DNA of 64,000 bases from an uncultured Acidobacteriota bacterium (GTDB lineage: Bacteria; Acidobacteriota; Thermoanaerobaculia; UBA5066; DATFVB01), in the NCBI GenBank assembly GCA_963813155.1, contig CAWEYG010000002.1:192001-256000 (forward strand). The letters are read 5' to 3'. Under the pieces are notes generated by a model. The model saw nothing but the letters and a program-made list of their open reading frames with translations, did not search any database and was not told the DNA's origin. A program made the position numbers and the translations under genes. Shown in pieces: positions 19,504 through 29,046 of the stretch. How positions within the stretch are numbered: position 1 is the stretch's first letter; every line of letters starts with the position of its first letter.

Positions 19504-20633
19504 CCGAAGAGCTCGACGTCGCGATCGTCGGAGCGGGCCCGGCCGGCTCCTCGGCGGCCGCGGAGCTGGCCGGCGCCGGGTTCTCGGTCGCGGTCTTCGA
19601 GAAGGACGTGTTTCCCCGGCACAAGGTCTGCGGAGAGTTCCTCTCCGCCGCCGGCCGGCGCCAGCTGGAACGGTGGCATCTCGGGGAGGATCTCGAGCGA
19701 ATCGGCGCGGAGTCGATCGTCGACGGCGGCTTCTACCTTTCCGATGGGAGCTCGCGCGGCTTCGCCCTCCCCGAGCCGGCGACCGGGATCTCCCGGTGGA
19801 GCCTCGACACGATGCTCGCGGCGCACGCCTCGCGAAGCGGCGCCGAAGTGCGGTTTTCGCACGACGTCGCCGGCCTCGAGGGAAACCTCTCCGAGGGGTT
19901 CGCGGTCACCGTCCGCGCGCCGGACGGCGAGCGGCGTTACCGGGCGCGCGCGCTGCTCGCGGCCTGGGGAAGGTGGTCGCCCCTCGACATTTCGTTCGAA
20001 CGGGATTTCGCCTCGAAGAAAACCGGCCGTTTCTTCGGCTGGGGAAGCCACTACGAGGGCGACTCCCGACACCTGTCGGGCCGCGTCCACCTCTACTTTT
20101 TTCCGGGCGGCTATTGCGGCCTGTCGCGGGTCGAAAACGGCGGCGTGAACTTCGCCGGCATCGTGTCGGAGGAGAAACTTCACGGGTCCGGCGGAGGGTG
20201 GGAAGGGTTTACGGCGCGCCTCCGGGAGAGTCATCGCCCCCTTTCGGAGCACCTGGCCCCGCTTCGCCCGCGCGGGGAGATCCTCGGAAGCCAGACCGTC
20301 CTCTTCGAAAAGCATTCCACCGAATTCCGGGACGTCCTCGCGGCGGGCGACGCGGCCGGCGTTCGCGATCCGTTCACAGGGGACGGGCAGGCCGCCGCAA
20401 TCGCGGGCGGGGTCCTTGCGGCGGAGCGACTCGCGGAGTTTCTCCGGGGGAACGTCTCCGGTTCCGAGCTCGTCGAGAAATACCGCGCGGCCTGGTCTCG
20501 CCGCCTCGGCTCCCGATTCGGATGGGACGCGCTCTTCCGGCGGCTGGTCCTGTCGCCGCGGCTCCAGCGTCTCGCGCTTCCGTTCGCGAGGCCGCTCGCC
20601 TCCGTCGCTTTTCGGGCGACTCGTTCGGGTTAG
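19500..20633 (+). CDS. FAD-dependent oxidoreductase (geranylgeranyl reductase/monooxygenase-like)
   Basis: GAGPAG, FPRHKVCGEFLS, GDAAG..DPFTGDG; GTGA overlap. Confidence 0.88.
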   Translation: MTEELDVAIVGAGPAGSSAAAELAGAGFSVAVFEKDVFPRHKVCGEFLSAAGRRQLERWHLGEDLERIGAESIVDGGFYLSDGSSRGFALPEPATGISRWSLDTMLAAHASRSGAEVRFSHDVAGLEGNLSEGFAVTVRAPDGERRYRARALLAAWGRWSPLDISFERDFASKKTGRFFGWGSHYEGDSRHLSGRVHLYFFPGGYCGLSRVENGGVNFAGIVSEEKLHGSGGGWEGFTARLRESHRPLSEHLAPLRPRGEILGSQTVLFEKHSTEFRDVLAAGDAAGVRDPFTGDGQAAAIAGGVLAAERLAEFLRGNVSGSELVEKYRAAWSRRLGSRFGWDALFRRLVLSPRLQRLALPFARPLASVAFRATRSG

Positions 20634-20651
20634 AGGCTCACCACTCGACGG

Positions 20652-21146
20652 TCACCACTCTTCATCGGGCTCGTCGGACCGGTCGGCGCCCCGGCCGGCG
20701 GAATCGGCGACGTCCCGGTCGTCGGACTCGCGCAGGTCCGGCGTCAGCTCGGCTTCCGCTTCGCGCGCGAGGGCGGGCGCGTCGTGGGCGGCGCCCCACT
20801 CCTGCAGGCTGTCGGTGTATTTGCGGTCGGACTTCCAGTCGCCCTCTCCGAGCGGGACGGGAGCGGCCGGCTTCGACATTTTCACGGCGGGCGACGATTT
20901 CTTCGCGGTCCTGCGCGGCGCGGCTTTCACGGGCTTGCGGGCGGCCGCTTTCCGGGCGGGAGCCTTTTTCTTCTTCGCGGCCCTGCGAACGACTTTCTTC
21001 TTCGAGGCTCTTTTCGCCGGCTTTCTCTTCGTGGCCTTTTTCGCGGGCTTTCGCTTCGCGGATTTTTTCGCGGCGGACCGGGTGGCTTTCCGGACCGGTT
21101 TCTTGCTCGCTTTCTTCTTCGCCTTTCGGGCCTTTTTCTTCGCCAT
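20652..21146 (-). CDS. Histone H1-like Lys/Ala/Arg-rich protein with acidic C-terminus
   Basis: GAGGAG RBS; about 90 aa of KKA/RKP repeats followed by a D/E-rich tail. Confidence 0.75.
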   Translation of the reverse strand: MAKKKARKAKKKASKKPVRKATRSAAKKSAKRKPAKKATKRKPAKRASKKKVVRRAAKKKKAPARKAAARKPVKAAPRRTAKKSSPAVKMSKPAAPVPLGEGDWKSDRKYTDSLQEWGAAHDAPALAREAEAELTPDLRESDDRDVADSAGRGADRSDEPDEEW

Positions 21147-21181
21147 TTTCGTCTCCTCTCGCGTCCCTATAATCCTACATC

Positions 21182-21724
21182 GTGAATTCGGATTCCAACG
21201 GCCGCATCCGCATGAGAGCCGACAGCCGGGGAGTTCGAATCGAGATCGCTCCGCCCGTGTCGGACCGTTCGCTGCGGCGAAGGGCGCTCCTGTTCGGCTC
21301 GGGCCTCGGGGCGGGCGGATTTCTCGCCCTCCTGCGGCTCTCTTCCGAATGGCAGGTGCTCGCGAGGGGCGGACGCGGGGCCTTTCCGCTCGGCCTTCTG
21401 ATCCTCGCGACGGCGGCCGTCCTCTTCGGGCCGTTTGCCGTCTTCGGCCTCCTGACGCTTCTCTTCGCCGAAGAGACGATCGAGATCGGGCCCGAGAGCC
21501 TCGTCCAGGAAATCGAGGTCTTCGGAAAGGTCCGCACGACCCCGTTTCCGGACAAGCGGCAGGTCCGGCTGGTCTGGACGAGGTGGCCCGTCGCCCCGTG
21601 GTGGACCTGGACGTTTCAGCGGCTCGCGCTTCGCTCGGCCGGAAAGCGGCAGGGCGTCGGAGCGACCCTCGGAACGTCGGACAAGGAGCGCCTGGAGAAG
21701 ATCCTCCGGCAGGCGCTCCAATAG
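21182..21724 (+). CDS. Hypothetical membrane protein (2 TM segments plus soluble C-terminal domain)
   Basis: Two hydrophobic segments; TATAAT 8 nt before the GTG. Confidence 0.6.
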   Translation: MNSDSNGRIRMRADSRGVRIEIAPPVSDRSLRRRALLFGSGLGAGGFLALLRLSSEWQVLARGGRGAFPLGLLILATAAVLFGPFAVFGLLTLLFAEETIEIGPESLVQEIEVFGKVRTTPFPDKRQVRLVWTRWPVAPWWTWTFQRLALRSAGKRQGVGATLGTSDKERLEKILRQALQ

Positions 21725-21744
21725 AATCGAATAGAATCAAAAGG

Positions 21745-23022
21745 ATGAGTCATCTCTCTTCGACGGACCTCTTTTCCTACCCCTTTCCCGAATCCCTCCG
21801 CGAAGGCGTTCGATCGCTTGGATTTCACTTCGCCACCCCGATCCAGGAGAAGGTCCTGCCGCTCGCCCTCGCCGGGCGGGACGTCGCCGGACAGGCCCAG
21901 ACGGGGACCGGCAAGACGGCCGCGTTCCTGCTCGCGGGCATGACCCACCTGCTCAATCGCCCGGTCGCGAAGCGCCTCGGGCCCCGGCTCCTCGCGGTCG
22001 CCCCCACCCGGGAGCTGGCCGTCCAGATCCGGGACGACGCGGAGAGGCTCGGAGCGGTCACCGGCCTCTCGATCCTCGCCGTCTTCGGAGGCGTCGACTA
22101 CCGGAAGCAGCGCGAGGCCCTGAAGGCCGCGCCCGACATCCTCATCGGAACGCCGGGGCGCCTGCTCGACTACGAGCACCAGGGCGCGACGACGTACCGG
22201 CACGTCGAGGTCCTCGTGATCGACGAGGCGGACCGGATGTTCGACATGGGGTTCATCCGCGATCTTCGGAAGATCTTCCGCCGCTGCCCGCCGTACAACA
22301 AACGGCAGACGATGCTGTTCTCCGCGACGCTCTCCCCGCGCGTCATGGAGCTCGCGTACGAGCACATGAACGACGCCGTGCGCGTCGAGATCGAGCCGGA
22401 GCGCGTGACGGCGCAGGGAATCCGCGAGGCGCTGTACCACGTCGCGTCGTGGGAGAAGCTGCCGCTCCTGCTCGGCCTGCTCGAGCGCGACCGCTGGGAG
22501 CGGACGCTGATCTTCGTGAACCGCAAGACGACGGCCGCGGACCTCGTCACCGCTCTCAACGCGAACGGGCACCCGGTCGCGGTGCTCGCCGGCAACGTGC
22601 GCCAGGAAAAGCGGCTGCGGATCCTGACCGAGTTCAAGGAAGGGAAATGGCCCGTGCTGATCGCGACGGACGTCGCCTCGCGCGGCCTCCACATCGACGC
22701 CGTGACGCACGTCATCAACTACGACCTGCCGCAGGACCCGGAAGACTACGTCCACCGCGTGGGCCGCACGGCGCGCGCGGGCGCGGAGGGCGACGCGATC
22801 TCCTTCGCGGACGAGGAGTACGTCTTCTCGCTCGACTCGATCGAGAAACTGATCGGAAGGAAGATCCCCGCGGAGATCGCGGACCCGGCGCTCTACCGCA
22901 CGACCGTCGCGGGACGGCGCGCCCCGAACCCCATCTACCGCACGCGCCCCGCTCCGGCCCCGGCCTCGCGCAAACCCACCGAGGTTTCCTACGGGCGATC
23001 CGGAAGGAAAGCGCGGAGGTAG
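21745..23022 (+). CDS. DEAD-box ATP-dependent RNA helicase (RhlB-like)
   Basis: AQTGTGKT, PTRELA, DEAD, SAT, HRVGRTAR. Confidence 0.93.
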   Translation: MSHLSSTDLFSYPFPESLREGVRSLGFHFATPIQEKVLPLALAGRDVAGQAQTGTGKTAAFLLAGMTHLLNRPVAKRLGPRLLAVAPTRELAVQIRDDAERLGAVTGLSILAVFGGVDYRKQREALKAAPDILIGTPGRLLDYEHQGATTYRHVEVLVIDEADRMFDMGFIRDLRKIFRRCPPYNKRQTMLFSATLSPRVMELAYEHMNDAVRVEIEPERVTAQGIREALYHVASWEKLPLLLGLLERDRWERTLIFVNRKTTAADLVTALNANGHPVAVLAGNVRQEKRLRILTEFKEGKWPVLIATDVASRGLHIDAVTHVINYDLPQDPEDYVHRVGRTARAGAEGDAISFADEEYVFSLDSIEKLIGRKIPAEIADPALYRTTVAGRRAPNPIYRTRPAPAPASRKPTEVSYGRSGRKARR

Positions 23023-23034
23023 GAGTCCCCTGCC

Positions 23035-23979
23035 CTACTCCGGCGCGCGGGTGCGGCGGGTGGAGGACGAGGCGACGGAGACGCGGTTGCGGCCCTCCCC
23101 TTTCGACTGGTACAGCGCTTCGTCCGCGGCCTTGAACAGGTCGCGCGCTTCGTAGCCGATCGCGCCTCCCGCGCACGCTAAGCCGAGCGACGCGGTGATC
23201 TCGAGATCTCCCGCCGAAGTGGCGAACGGCGTCTCGGAGATGAGCAGTCGAGTCCGCTCCGCCGCGGCCCTCGCGCCGTATTCGTCGGTCCGGGTAAGGG
23301 TGAGCGCGAACTCTTCGCCCCCGATCCGGGCGACCTGGTCGCCGGCGCGGCAGGCGTCGCGAAGCCGGACGCCGATTTCCTTCAGCACCTCGTCGCCGAC
23401 CCCGTGCCCGAAGCGGTCGTTGACGGACTTGAACTCGTCGAGGTCGAGCAACACGAGCGAAACGGCGTCGCTGTAGCGCTTCGCGCCCCGCAGCTCGCGC
23501 TCCAGGGTGTGGTCGAACGAGCGGCGGTTCGGCAGCTCCGTCAGGGGGTCGGTCGAGGCGAGGCGCGCAAGCTCGCGGTTCTTCTCCTCGAGCTCCGCCC
23601 GGAGGCGCCGCGTCGTCAGGCCGTTCCGGAGCTTCGCGAGCAGCTCCTTCGGCTCGATCGGCTTGACGAGATAGTCGTCGGCCCCGATCTCGATTCCCTC
23701 GGCGCGGTTGACTCCCGCCCCGCGCGCCGACGTGATGATCACGAAGACGCGGGACAGGGCCGGGTCCCCCTTGATCGCGCGGGTGAGCGCGCCGCCGTCC
23801 AGGATCGGAAGCACCCAGTCGAGCACGACCGCGTCGGGAACGGTCCGGCGGATCAGGACGAGCCCGGCCGCCCCGTCCGCCGCCGACTCCACCTCGTAGC
23901 CGTCCGAGACAAGCGCTTCGGTAACGAGTTCCCGGTACTTCGCCTCGTCTTCGACGATGACGATGCGGCCGGCGCTCAC
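23035..23979 (-). CDS. Response regulator diguanylate cyclase (REC-GGEEF)
   Basis: IVIVEDE receiver; TDPLTELPNRR...RIGGEEF. Confidence 0.92.
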   Translation of the reverse strand: MSAGRIVIVEDEAKYRELVTEALVSDGYEVESAADGAAGLVLIRRTVPDAVVLDWVLPILDGGALTRAIKGDPALSRVFVIITSARGAGVNRAEGIEIGADDYLVKPIEPKELLAKLRNGLTTRRLRAELEEKNRELARLASTDPLTELPNRRSFDHTLERELRGAKRYSDAVSLVLLDLDEFKSVNDRFGHGVGDEVLKEIGVRLRDACRAGDQVARIGGEEFALTLTRTDEYGARAAAERTRLLISETPFATSAGDLEITASLGLACAGGAIGYEARDLFKAADEALYQSKGEGRNRVSVASSSTRRTRAPE

Positions 23980-23995
23980 GGCGGGTCCCTCCGGC

Positions 23996-25096
23996 CTATT
24001 TCTTCCGGGCCAGGAGCGATTTCAGGTAATCCTCCATGACCTCGTCGGGCAGCCAGTAGACCTCCACGCCGTTGATGTAGTACGTCGGCGTCGAGTTGAC
24101 GCCGAGGAGACCCCCTTCGTCCATGTCCTTTCGGATCTGCTCGAACGACGGGTCCTGCAGGTAGCAGGAGAGAAACGCCTTCCGGTCGAGACCGGCGGAA
24201 TCGACGAAATCGAAGACGAGCTGGTCGAGCCGCGTGAGCGTCAGGGACTCCTGATTGTCGTAGCACAGCTGCTTGAACCGGAACATGAGGTCGGAGGAGG
24301 ACCGCGAAAGACAAACTCCCGCCGACGCGGCCTTCGTCGACCAGACGTGGCCGGCCCACAGCGGATAGAACTTGTAGTAGCGCCGGATGCCGAGCTTCGC
24401 GCCGTACTTCTCCAGCAGCTTGTCCATCTGCTGCCCGCGCTTCTTGCAGAACGGGCATTCCATGTCGGCGTACTCGACCATCGTGATCTTCGGGTTTTCG
24501 GCGCCGACGGAAGGGGCGTGGCTCAGGTCGATCTTCGCGCGCCGCTGTTCCGCGACCGGTTCGCCGAGCTTCCAGAATTCCCCCATCAGGAACGCCGAGC
24601 CGTCCGGCTCGATCCAGTAGTGGAGCGGCTGGCTGAAATAGCCCGTGTCGAGGTCGACCTTCACGCCGCGCATTCCGCCGCGGTCCATCGACGGATCCAG
24701 GTGCGCGACCGCTTTCGACCGGAAGAGGCCTCCCATGTAGTCCGCGATTCCCGAGACGTCCCGGTCGGTCTCGATCGCGCTCGTCTCGCCCGGCTTCAGG
24801 TTGTTCTTCACCGCGCTGCCCGTAAAGATCCACTTGTCGTCCGCGCTCACGTAGAAGCCGGTCTTCAGGTTCAGCTTCTCGTACTTCCCCTTCCGCTCGA
24901 CCGCGAAGGCGTGAAGGCCCTTGAGGTCGTTTGTCGGATCGGGTTTCGCCGTGACGTGGCTGTCCGGCTCCCACGGAAGGAACTCCGCGCCGAACTTCTC
25001 GACTTCGGCGGAAAGCGACGCCGCAGCAGCCCAGGCCCGCCCCGAGCCCGCGGCGACGACCAGGATGCCCGCCCACGCAATCTTTCCGAGTCTCAT
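23996..25096 (-). CDS. Exported DsbA/thioredoxin-domain protein
   Basis: Signal peptide; EYADMECPFC active site; GVNSTPTYYING. Confidence 0.82.
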   Translation of the reverse strand: MRLGKIAWAGILVVAAGSGRAWAAAASLSAEVEKFGAEFLPWEPDSHVTAKPDPTNDLKGLHAFAVERKGKYEKLNLKTGFYVSADDKWIFTGSAVKNNLKPGETSAIETDRDVSGIADYMGGLFRSKAVAHLDPSMDRGGMRGVKVDLDTGYFSQPLHYWIEPDGSAFLMGEFWKLGEPVAEQRRAKIDLSHAPSVGAENPKITMVEYADMECPFCKKRGQQMDKLLEKYGAKLGIRRYYKFYPLWAGHVWSTKAASAGVCLSRSSSDLMFRFKQLCYDNQESLTLTRLDQLVFDFVDSAGLDRKAFLSCYLQDPSFEQIRKDMDEGGLLGVNSTPTYYINGVEVYWLPDEVMEDYLKSLLARKK

Positions 25097-25107
25097 TTTC
25101 ACCTCTT

Positions 25108-25626
25108 TCATTGCCGGTCCGGCTCGAATCGAAGGAGCAGAGCTCCCGACTCGACCGTCTGGCCCGCTTCGCACTCCAGGGACGCCACCGTACCGTCCGT
25201 TTCCGAGCGAATCTCGTTCTGCATCTTCATCGCCTCCAGGATCAACAGGACATCCCCGCTCTTGACGCGGTCGCCCTTCCGCACCTTGACCTCGATGACC
25301 CGGCCCGGCATCGCAGAGAGTACCTCGCTCGAGCCCCCGGAGCTGCCCAGAGCCGCGATTTCTTCGCGCGGGTCGAAGAGCCCGAGGACGAAATCGCCGC
25401 CCCGGGTCCGGACGCGCGTGCCCCCCTTCGCGGGAGAGATCCGAGACCGCAACACGCGGCCGCTCTCGAAGATTCCGACGAACGTGCCGTCGGCACGGGG
25501 AATGAGCTCCAGCCGGTGGCGCCGGCCGCCGATCTGCGCCTCGGCCCGGTCCCCCTCGAGGCGAACCGCCATCTCGGCCGACTCCTCCGGCCCCGGCACC
25601 CCCTCGACGCGAAAGAGCCGCGTCAA
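25108..25626 (-). CDS. Biotin carboxyl carrier protein of an acyl-CoA carboxylase
   Basis: MPGRV...LEAMKMQNEI biotinylation motif; start uncertain. Confidence 0.85.
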   Translation of the reverse strand: MTRLFRVEGVPGPEESAEMAVRLEGDRAEAQIGGRRHRLELIPRADGTFVGIFESGRVLRSRISPAKGGTRVRTRGGDFVLGLFDPREEIAALGSSGGSSEVLSAMPGRVIEVKVRKGDRVKSGDVLLILEAMKMQNEIRSETDGTVASLECEAGQTVESGALLLRFEPDRQ

Positions 25627-25654
25627 AGCAGGCTCGCTTTCAAACGGAGCCGCG

Positions 25655-27168
25655 TCAAGGCCGCAAGCTCCGTCGCCGCGCGTCACTCCGCCACCGCGAG
25701 ATTTCCCCCCCTGCCGGCGACGCAAAGCGTTTCTCTTCCCCGCGGGCCAGCACGGCCGCCGTGAACACCGCCTGCTCCTCGTCCCATGGCTCCGGGTCCC
25801 GAAACCGGAATCCCGCCGCGAGCCGGCGATCGAGCCACCCCGTGTCGAACCGGGCCTCCCGGAAATCCGGATCCGAGGCGAGAGCGCGAAAGAACGGAAG
25901 GGAGGTCTGGATGCCGACGATCTCGTACTCCGAGAGGGCCCGCGAGAGCCGCTCGACCGCGAGGCGGCGCGTCTCCCCGGAGACGATCAGCTTGCCGAGC
26001 ATCGGGTCGTAATCGATCGGAACGACCGAGCCCGCCTCGACGCCGAGGTCGTGCCGCACGCCCGGGCCCATCGGAAGCGCGAGCGACTCGATGCGGCCGG
26101 GAGACGGCGCGAAGTTCTTCTCCGGGTCCTCCGCGTAGAGACGGCATTCGATCGCGTGCCCGCGCGGAGCGATGCTCTCCGGCGAAAACGACAGTTTCTC
26201 TCCGAGAGCGACGGCGATCATCTCGCGGACCAGATCGACTCCCCAGACTTCCTCGGTCACCGGGTGCTCGACCTGCAGGCGCGTGTTCATCTCGAGAAAG
26301 TAGAAGCTGGAATCGGCAGAGAGCAGGAATTCCACGGTGCCGCACGAGACGTATCCGACCGCGCGGGCCGCGGCGAGGGCCGCGTCGGACATCTTCCTCC
26401 GAAGCTCGGCCCCGACGACGGGAGACGGGCATTCCTCGACGACTTTCTGGTGCCGGCGCTGGATGGAGCATTCCCGCTCCCCCACGGCGGCGGCGCCGCC
26501 CGACCCGTCGAACACGACCTGGATCTCGACATGACGGGCGCCTTCGATGAGCTTCTCCGCGTAGACGTCGGAGTCTTGAAAGAAGGACTCGGCCTCCGCG
26601 GAAGCCCGTTCGAACGACGAGGCGACTTCCTTCTCCGACCGGACGATCCGCATCCCCTTTCCGCCGCCGCCCGCCGACGCCTTGATCAGGATCGGATAGC
26701 CGTGCTTTTTCGCGAATGCGCGAATCGCGGGGAGGTCCGCGGCGCTCGACATTCCCGGCACGACGGGCACGCCCGCTTCGATCATCCGGGAGCGGGCTCG
26801 CGTCTTCGAGCCCATCGCGGAGATCGCTTCCGCGGGAGGCCCGACGAAGGTGAGACCCGCGTCTCGACAGGCGCCCGCGAAGACGGGGCTTTCGGCGAGA
26901 AAACCGTATCCGGGGTGGAGCAGGTTGGCGCGCGAGCGCGCGGCGGCCTCGAGGAGCCGATCGACCGAAAGGTACGACTCCCGCGCGGGAGCGGGGCCGA
27001 GACGGTACGCCTCGTCCGCGTAGGAAACGTGCATCGCGTCGCGATCCGCGTCGGAGTACACGGCGACCGACCGGATTCCCATCTCCCGGCAGGCTCGAAA
27101 GATCCGGACGGCGATCTCGCCCCGATTCGCGACGAGGAGCTTGCTTCACAGGGGCCGCTTCGAGCCAT
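25655..27168 (-). CDS. Biotin carboxylase subunit of an acyl-CoA carboxylase; 5' end frameshifted near 27142-27150
   Basis: KLLVANRGEIAVRIF lies upstream of ATG 27082 without an in-frame start; HPGYGFLAE, GGGGKGMR, EMNTRLQVEH. Confidence 0.88.
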
Positions 27169-27169
27169 T

Positions 27170-28717
27170 TCACAGAGGAATGTTGCCGTGCTTCTTCGGG
27201 GGAAGAGAATCGCGCTTCGTGGATGCGAAGGCGAACGCCTGGATCAGCTTCCGCCGGGTCTCCGACGGCTCGATGATCTCGTCGACGTAGCCGCGGCGCG
27301 CCGCGACGTAGGGGTTCGCGAACATGTCGATGTATTCCGCGACCTTCTTTTTCTTTTTCTCGCCGCCCGCGTCGTCGGCGAGCTCCCTCCGATACAGGAT
27401 CGCGACCGCGCCCTCGGGCCCCATCACGGCGATCTCGGCCGTCGGATAGGCAAAGTTGAAGTCCGTGCGCAGGTGCTTGGATGCCATCACGCAGTACGCT
27501 CCGCCGTACGCCTTGCGCGTGATGACCGTGACCTTCGGCACCGTCGCTTCCGCGAAGGCGAACAGGAGCTTCGCCCCGTGGCGGATGATTCCGCCGAATT
27601 CCTGTTTCGTGCCCGGCAGAAAGCCGGGGACGTCCTCGAAGACGACGAGCGGAATGTTGAACGCGTCGCAGAATCGGACGAAGCGGGCGCCCTTCACCGA
27701 GGCGTCGATGTCGAGAACGCCCGCAAGGAACGCCGGCTGGTTCGCGACGACGCCGGTCGGCCGGCCGTTGAGCCGGATGAACCCGACGAGGATGTTCCGG
27801 GCGAAATTCGCGTGGACTTCGAAAAACCGGTGCTCGTCCGCGATCGCCTCGACGAGCTTTTTCATGTCGTACGGTTTGTTGGGCTCCTCCGGGATGAACG
27901 CGTTCAACTCGGGGTCTTCGCGGTCCGGAGGGTCGGAAGTCTCCCGGCGCGGCGGGTCATCCAGGTTGTTCCCGGGAAGGAACGAAAGCAGCTCCCGGAT
28001 CGCGACGAGGACCGAGGCGTCGTCGGGACGGGAAAAATGCGCGACGCCCGAGACGGAGGAATGCGTCCGCGCTCCGCCGAGCTCCTCCTTCGTGACGGTC
28101 TCGTGCGTCACCGTCGCGATCACGTCGGGCCCGGTGACGAACATGTAGGAGGCGTTCTCCGACATGAAGATGAAATCGGTGATCGCCGGAGAATAGACCG
28201 CGCCTCCCGCGCACGGGCCGAGGATCGCGGAAATCTGCGGAACGACGCCGGACGCGAGCGTGTTGCGAAGGAAAATGTCGGCGTATCCCGCAAGCGAGAC
28301 GACGCCTTCCTGGATCCGGGCGCCTCCCGAATCGTTCAGGCCCACCAGCGGAGCGCCGTTCTTCACGGCAAGGTCCATGACTTTGCAGATCTTCTGGGCA
28401 TTCGTCTCCGAGAGCGAGCCTCCGAACACCGTGAAGTCCTGCGCGAAGACGTACACGGGGCGGCCCTCGATCAGGCCGCCGCCACAGACGACTCCGTCAC
28501 CCGGAATGTCGACCTTTTCCGCGCCGAAGTCCCGGCAGCGGTGCGACACGAGCCGATCGACCTCGAAGAACGAGCCCGGATCCAGCAGCAGGTCGAGGCG
28601 CTCCCGGGCGGTCAGCTTCCCCTCGGCGTGCTGTTTCGCAACGCGCTCGGGCCCTCCCCCTTCGGCGGAGCGCGCGCGCATCTCCTCGACGTGCGCCATC
28701 CGGCTCTCGAGCGTCAA
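27170..28717 (-). CDS. pccB: Acyl-CoA (propionyl-CoA-type) carboxylase carboxyltransferase subunit
   Basis: [37 protein letters not shown]. Confidence 0.9.
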   Translation of the reverse strand: MTLESRMAHVEEMRARSAEGGGPERVAKQHAEGKLTARERLDLLLDPGSFFEVDRLVSHRCRDFGAEKVDIPGDGVVCGGGLIEGRPVYVFAQDFTVFGGSLSETNAQKICKVMDLAVKNGAPLVGLNDSGGARIQEGVVSLAGYADIFLRNTLASGVVPQISAILGPCAGGAVYSPAITDFIFMSENASYMFVTGPDVIATVTHETVTKEELGGARTHSSVSGVAHFSRPDDASVLVAIRELLSFLPGNNLDDPPRRETSDPPDREDPELNAFIPEEPNKPYDMKKLVEAIADEHRFFEVHANFARNILVGFIRLNGRPTGVVANQPAFLAGVLDIDASVKGARFVRFCDAFNIPLVVFEDVPGFLPGTKQEFGGIIRHGAKLLFAFAEATVPKVTVITRKAYGGAYCVMASKHLRTDFNFAYPTAEIAVMGPEGAVAILYRRELADDAGGEKKKKKVAEYIDMFANPYVAARRGYVDEIIEPSETRRKLIQAFAFASTKRDSLPPKKHGNIPL

Positions 28718-28992
28718 AGGACGATGCCCTTCTGCTCGGCGAGCTTCCGGCGGACCTTTCGAAAGAGCTCGTTGGAATCGACTCCCTGCGAGGAGATCTC
28801 GGCGCGGGATGCGTCCACGATGCGGCGAGCCTCCTCGTCGACGGCCCTTTCCTTGCGCGACTCGTCGGCGAAGACGGCGCGAACGGCCTCGGCGAGGGCT
28901 CCGGGCGACTTTTCCTGGAAGAGGCCTCTTCGGGCGATTCCCCGGGCGATTCGGACGGCGAGAAATTCGGTCCTGCGCTCGGCGAGGCTCAT
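28714..28992 (-). CDS. DUF507-family protein
   Basis: C-terminal '[18 protein letters not shown]' is typical of the family. Confidence 0.65.
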   Translation of the reverse strand: MSLAERRTEFLAVRIARGIARRGLFQEKSPGALAEAVRAVFADESRKERAVDEEARRIVDASRAEISSQGVDSNELFRKVRRKLAEQKGIVL

Positions 28993-29046
28993 GTCGAGCG
29001 ATGCTAGCACGGTTTATTCGGCGTCTCTCCAGTACAATGCGCGCCG

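Noticed and set aside
21720-21739. AATAGAATCG/AATAGAATCA tandem 10-mer before the helicase
   Set aside because: Only two units; a plausible local slippage with no supporting context.
27140-27150. In-frame TGA just before the biotin carboxylase KLLVANRGE motif as a selenocysteine codon (selA is nearby)
   Set aside because: It is not a Cys-equivalent position, there is no in-frame start upstream and no evident SECIS. A frameshift explains it better.
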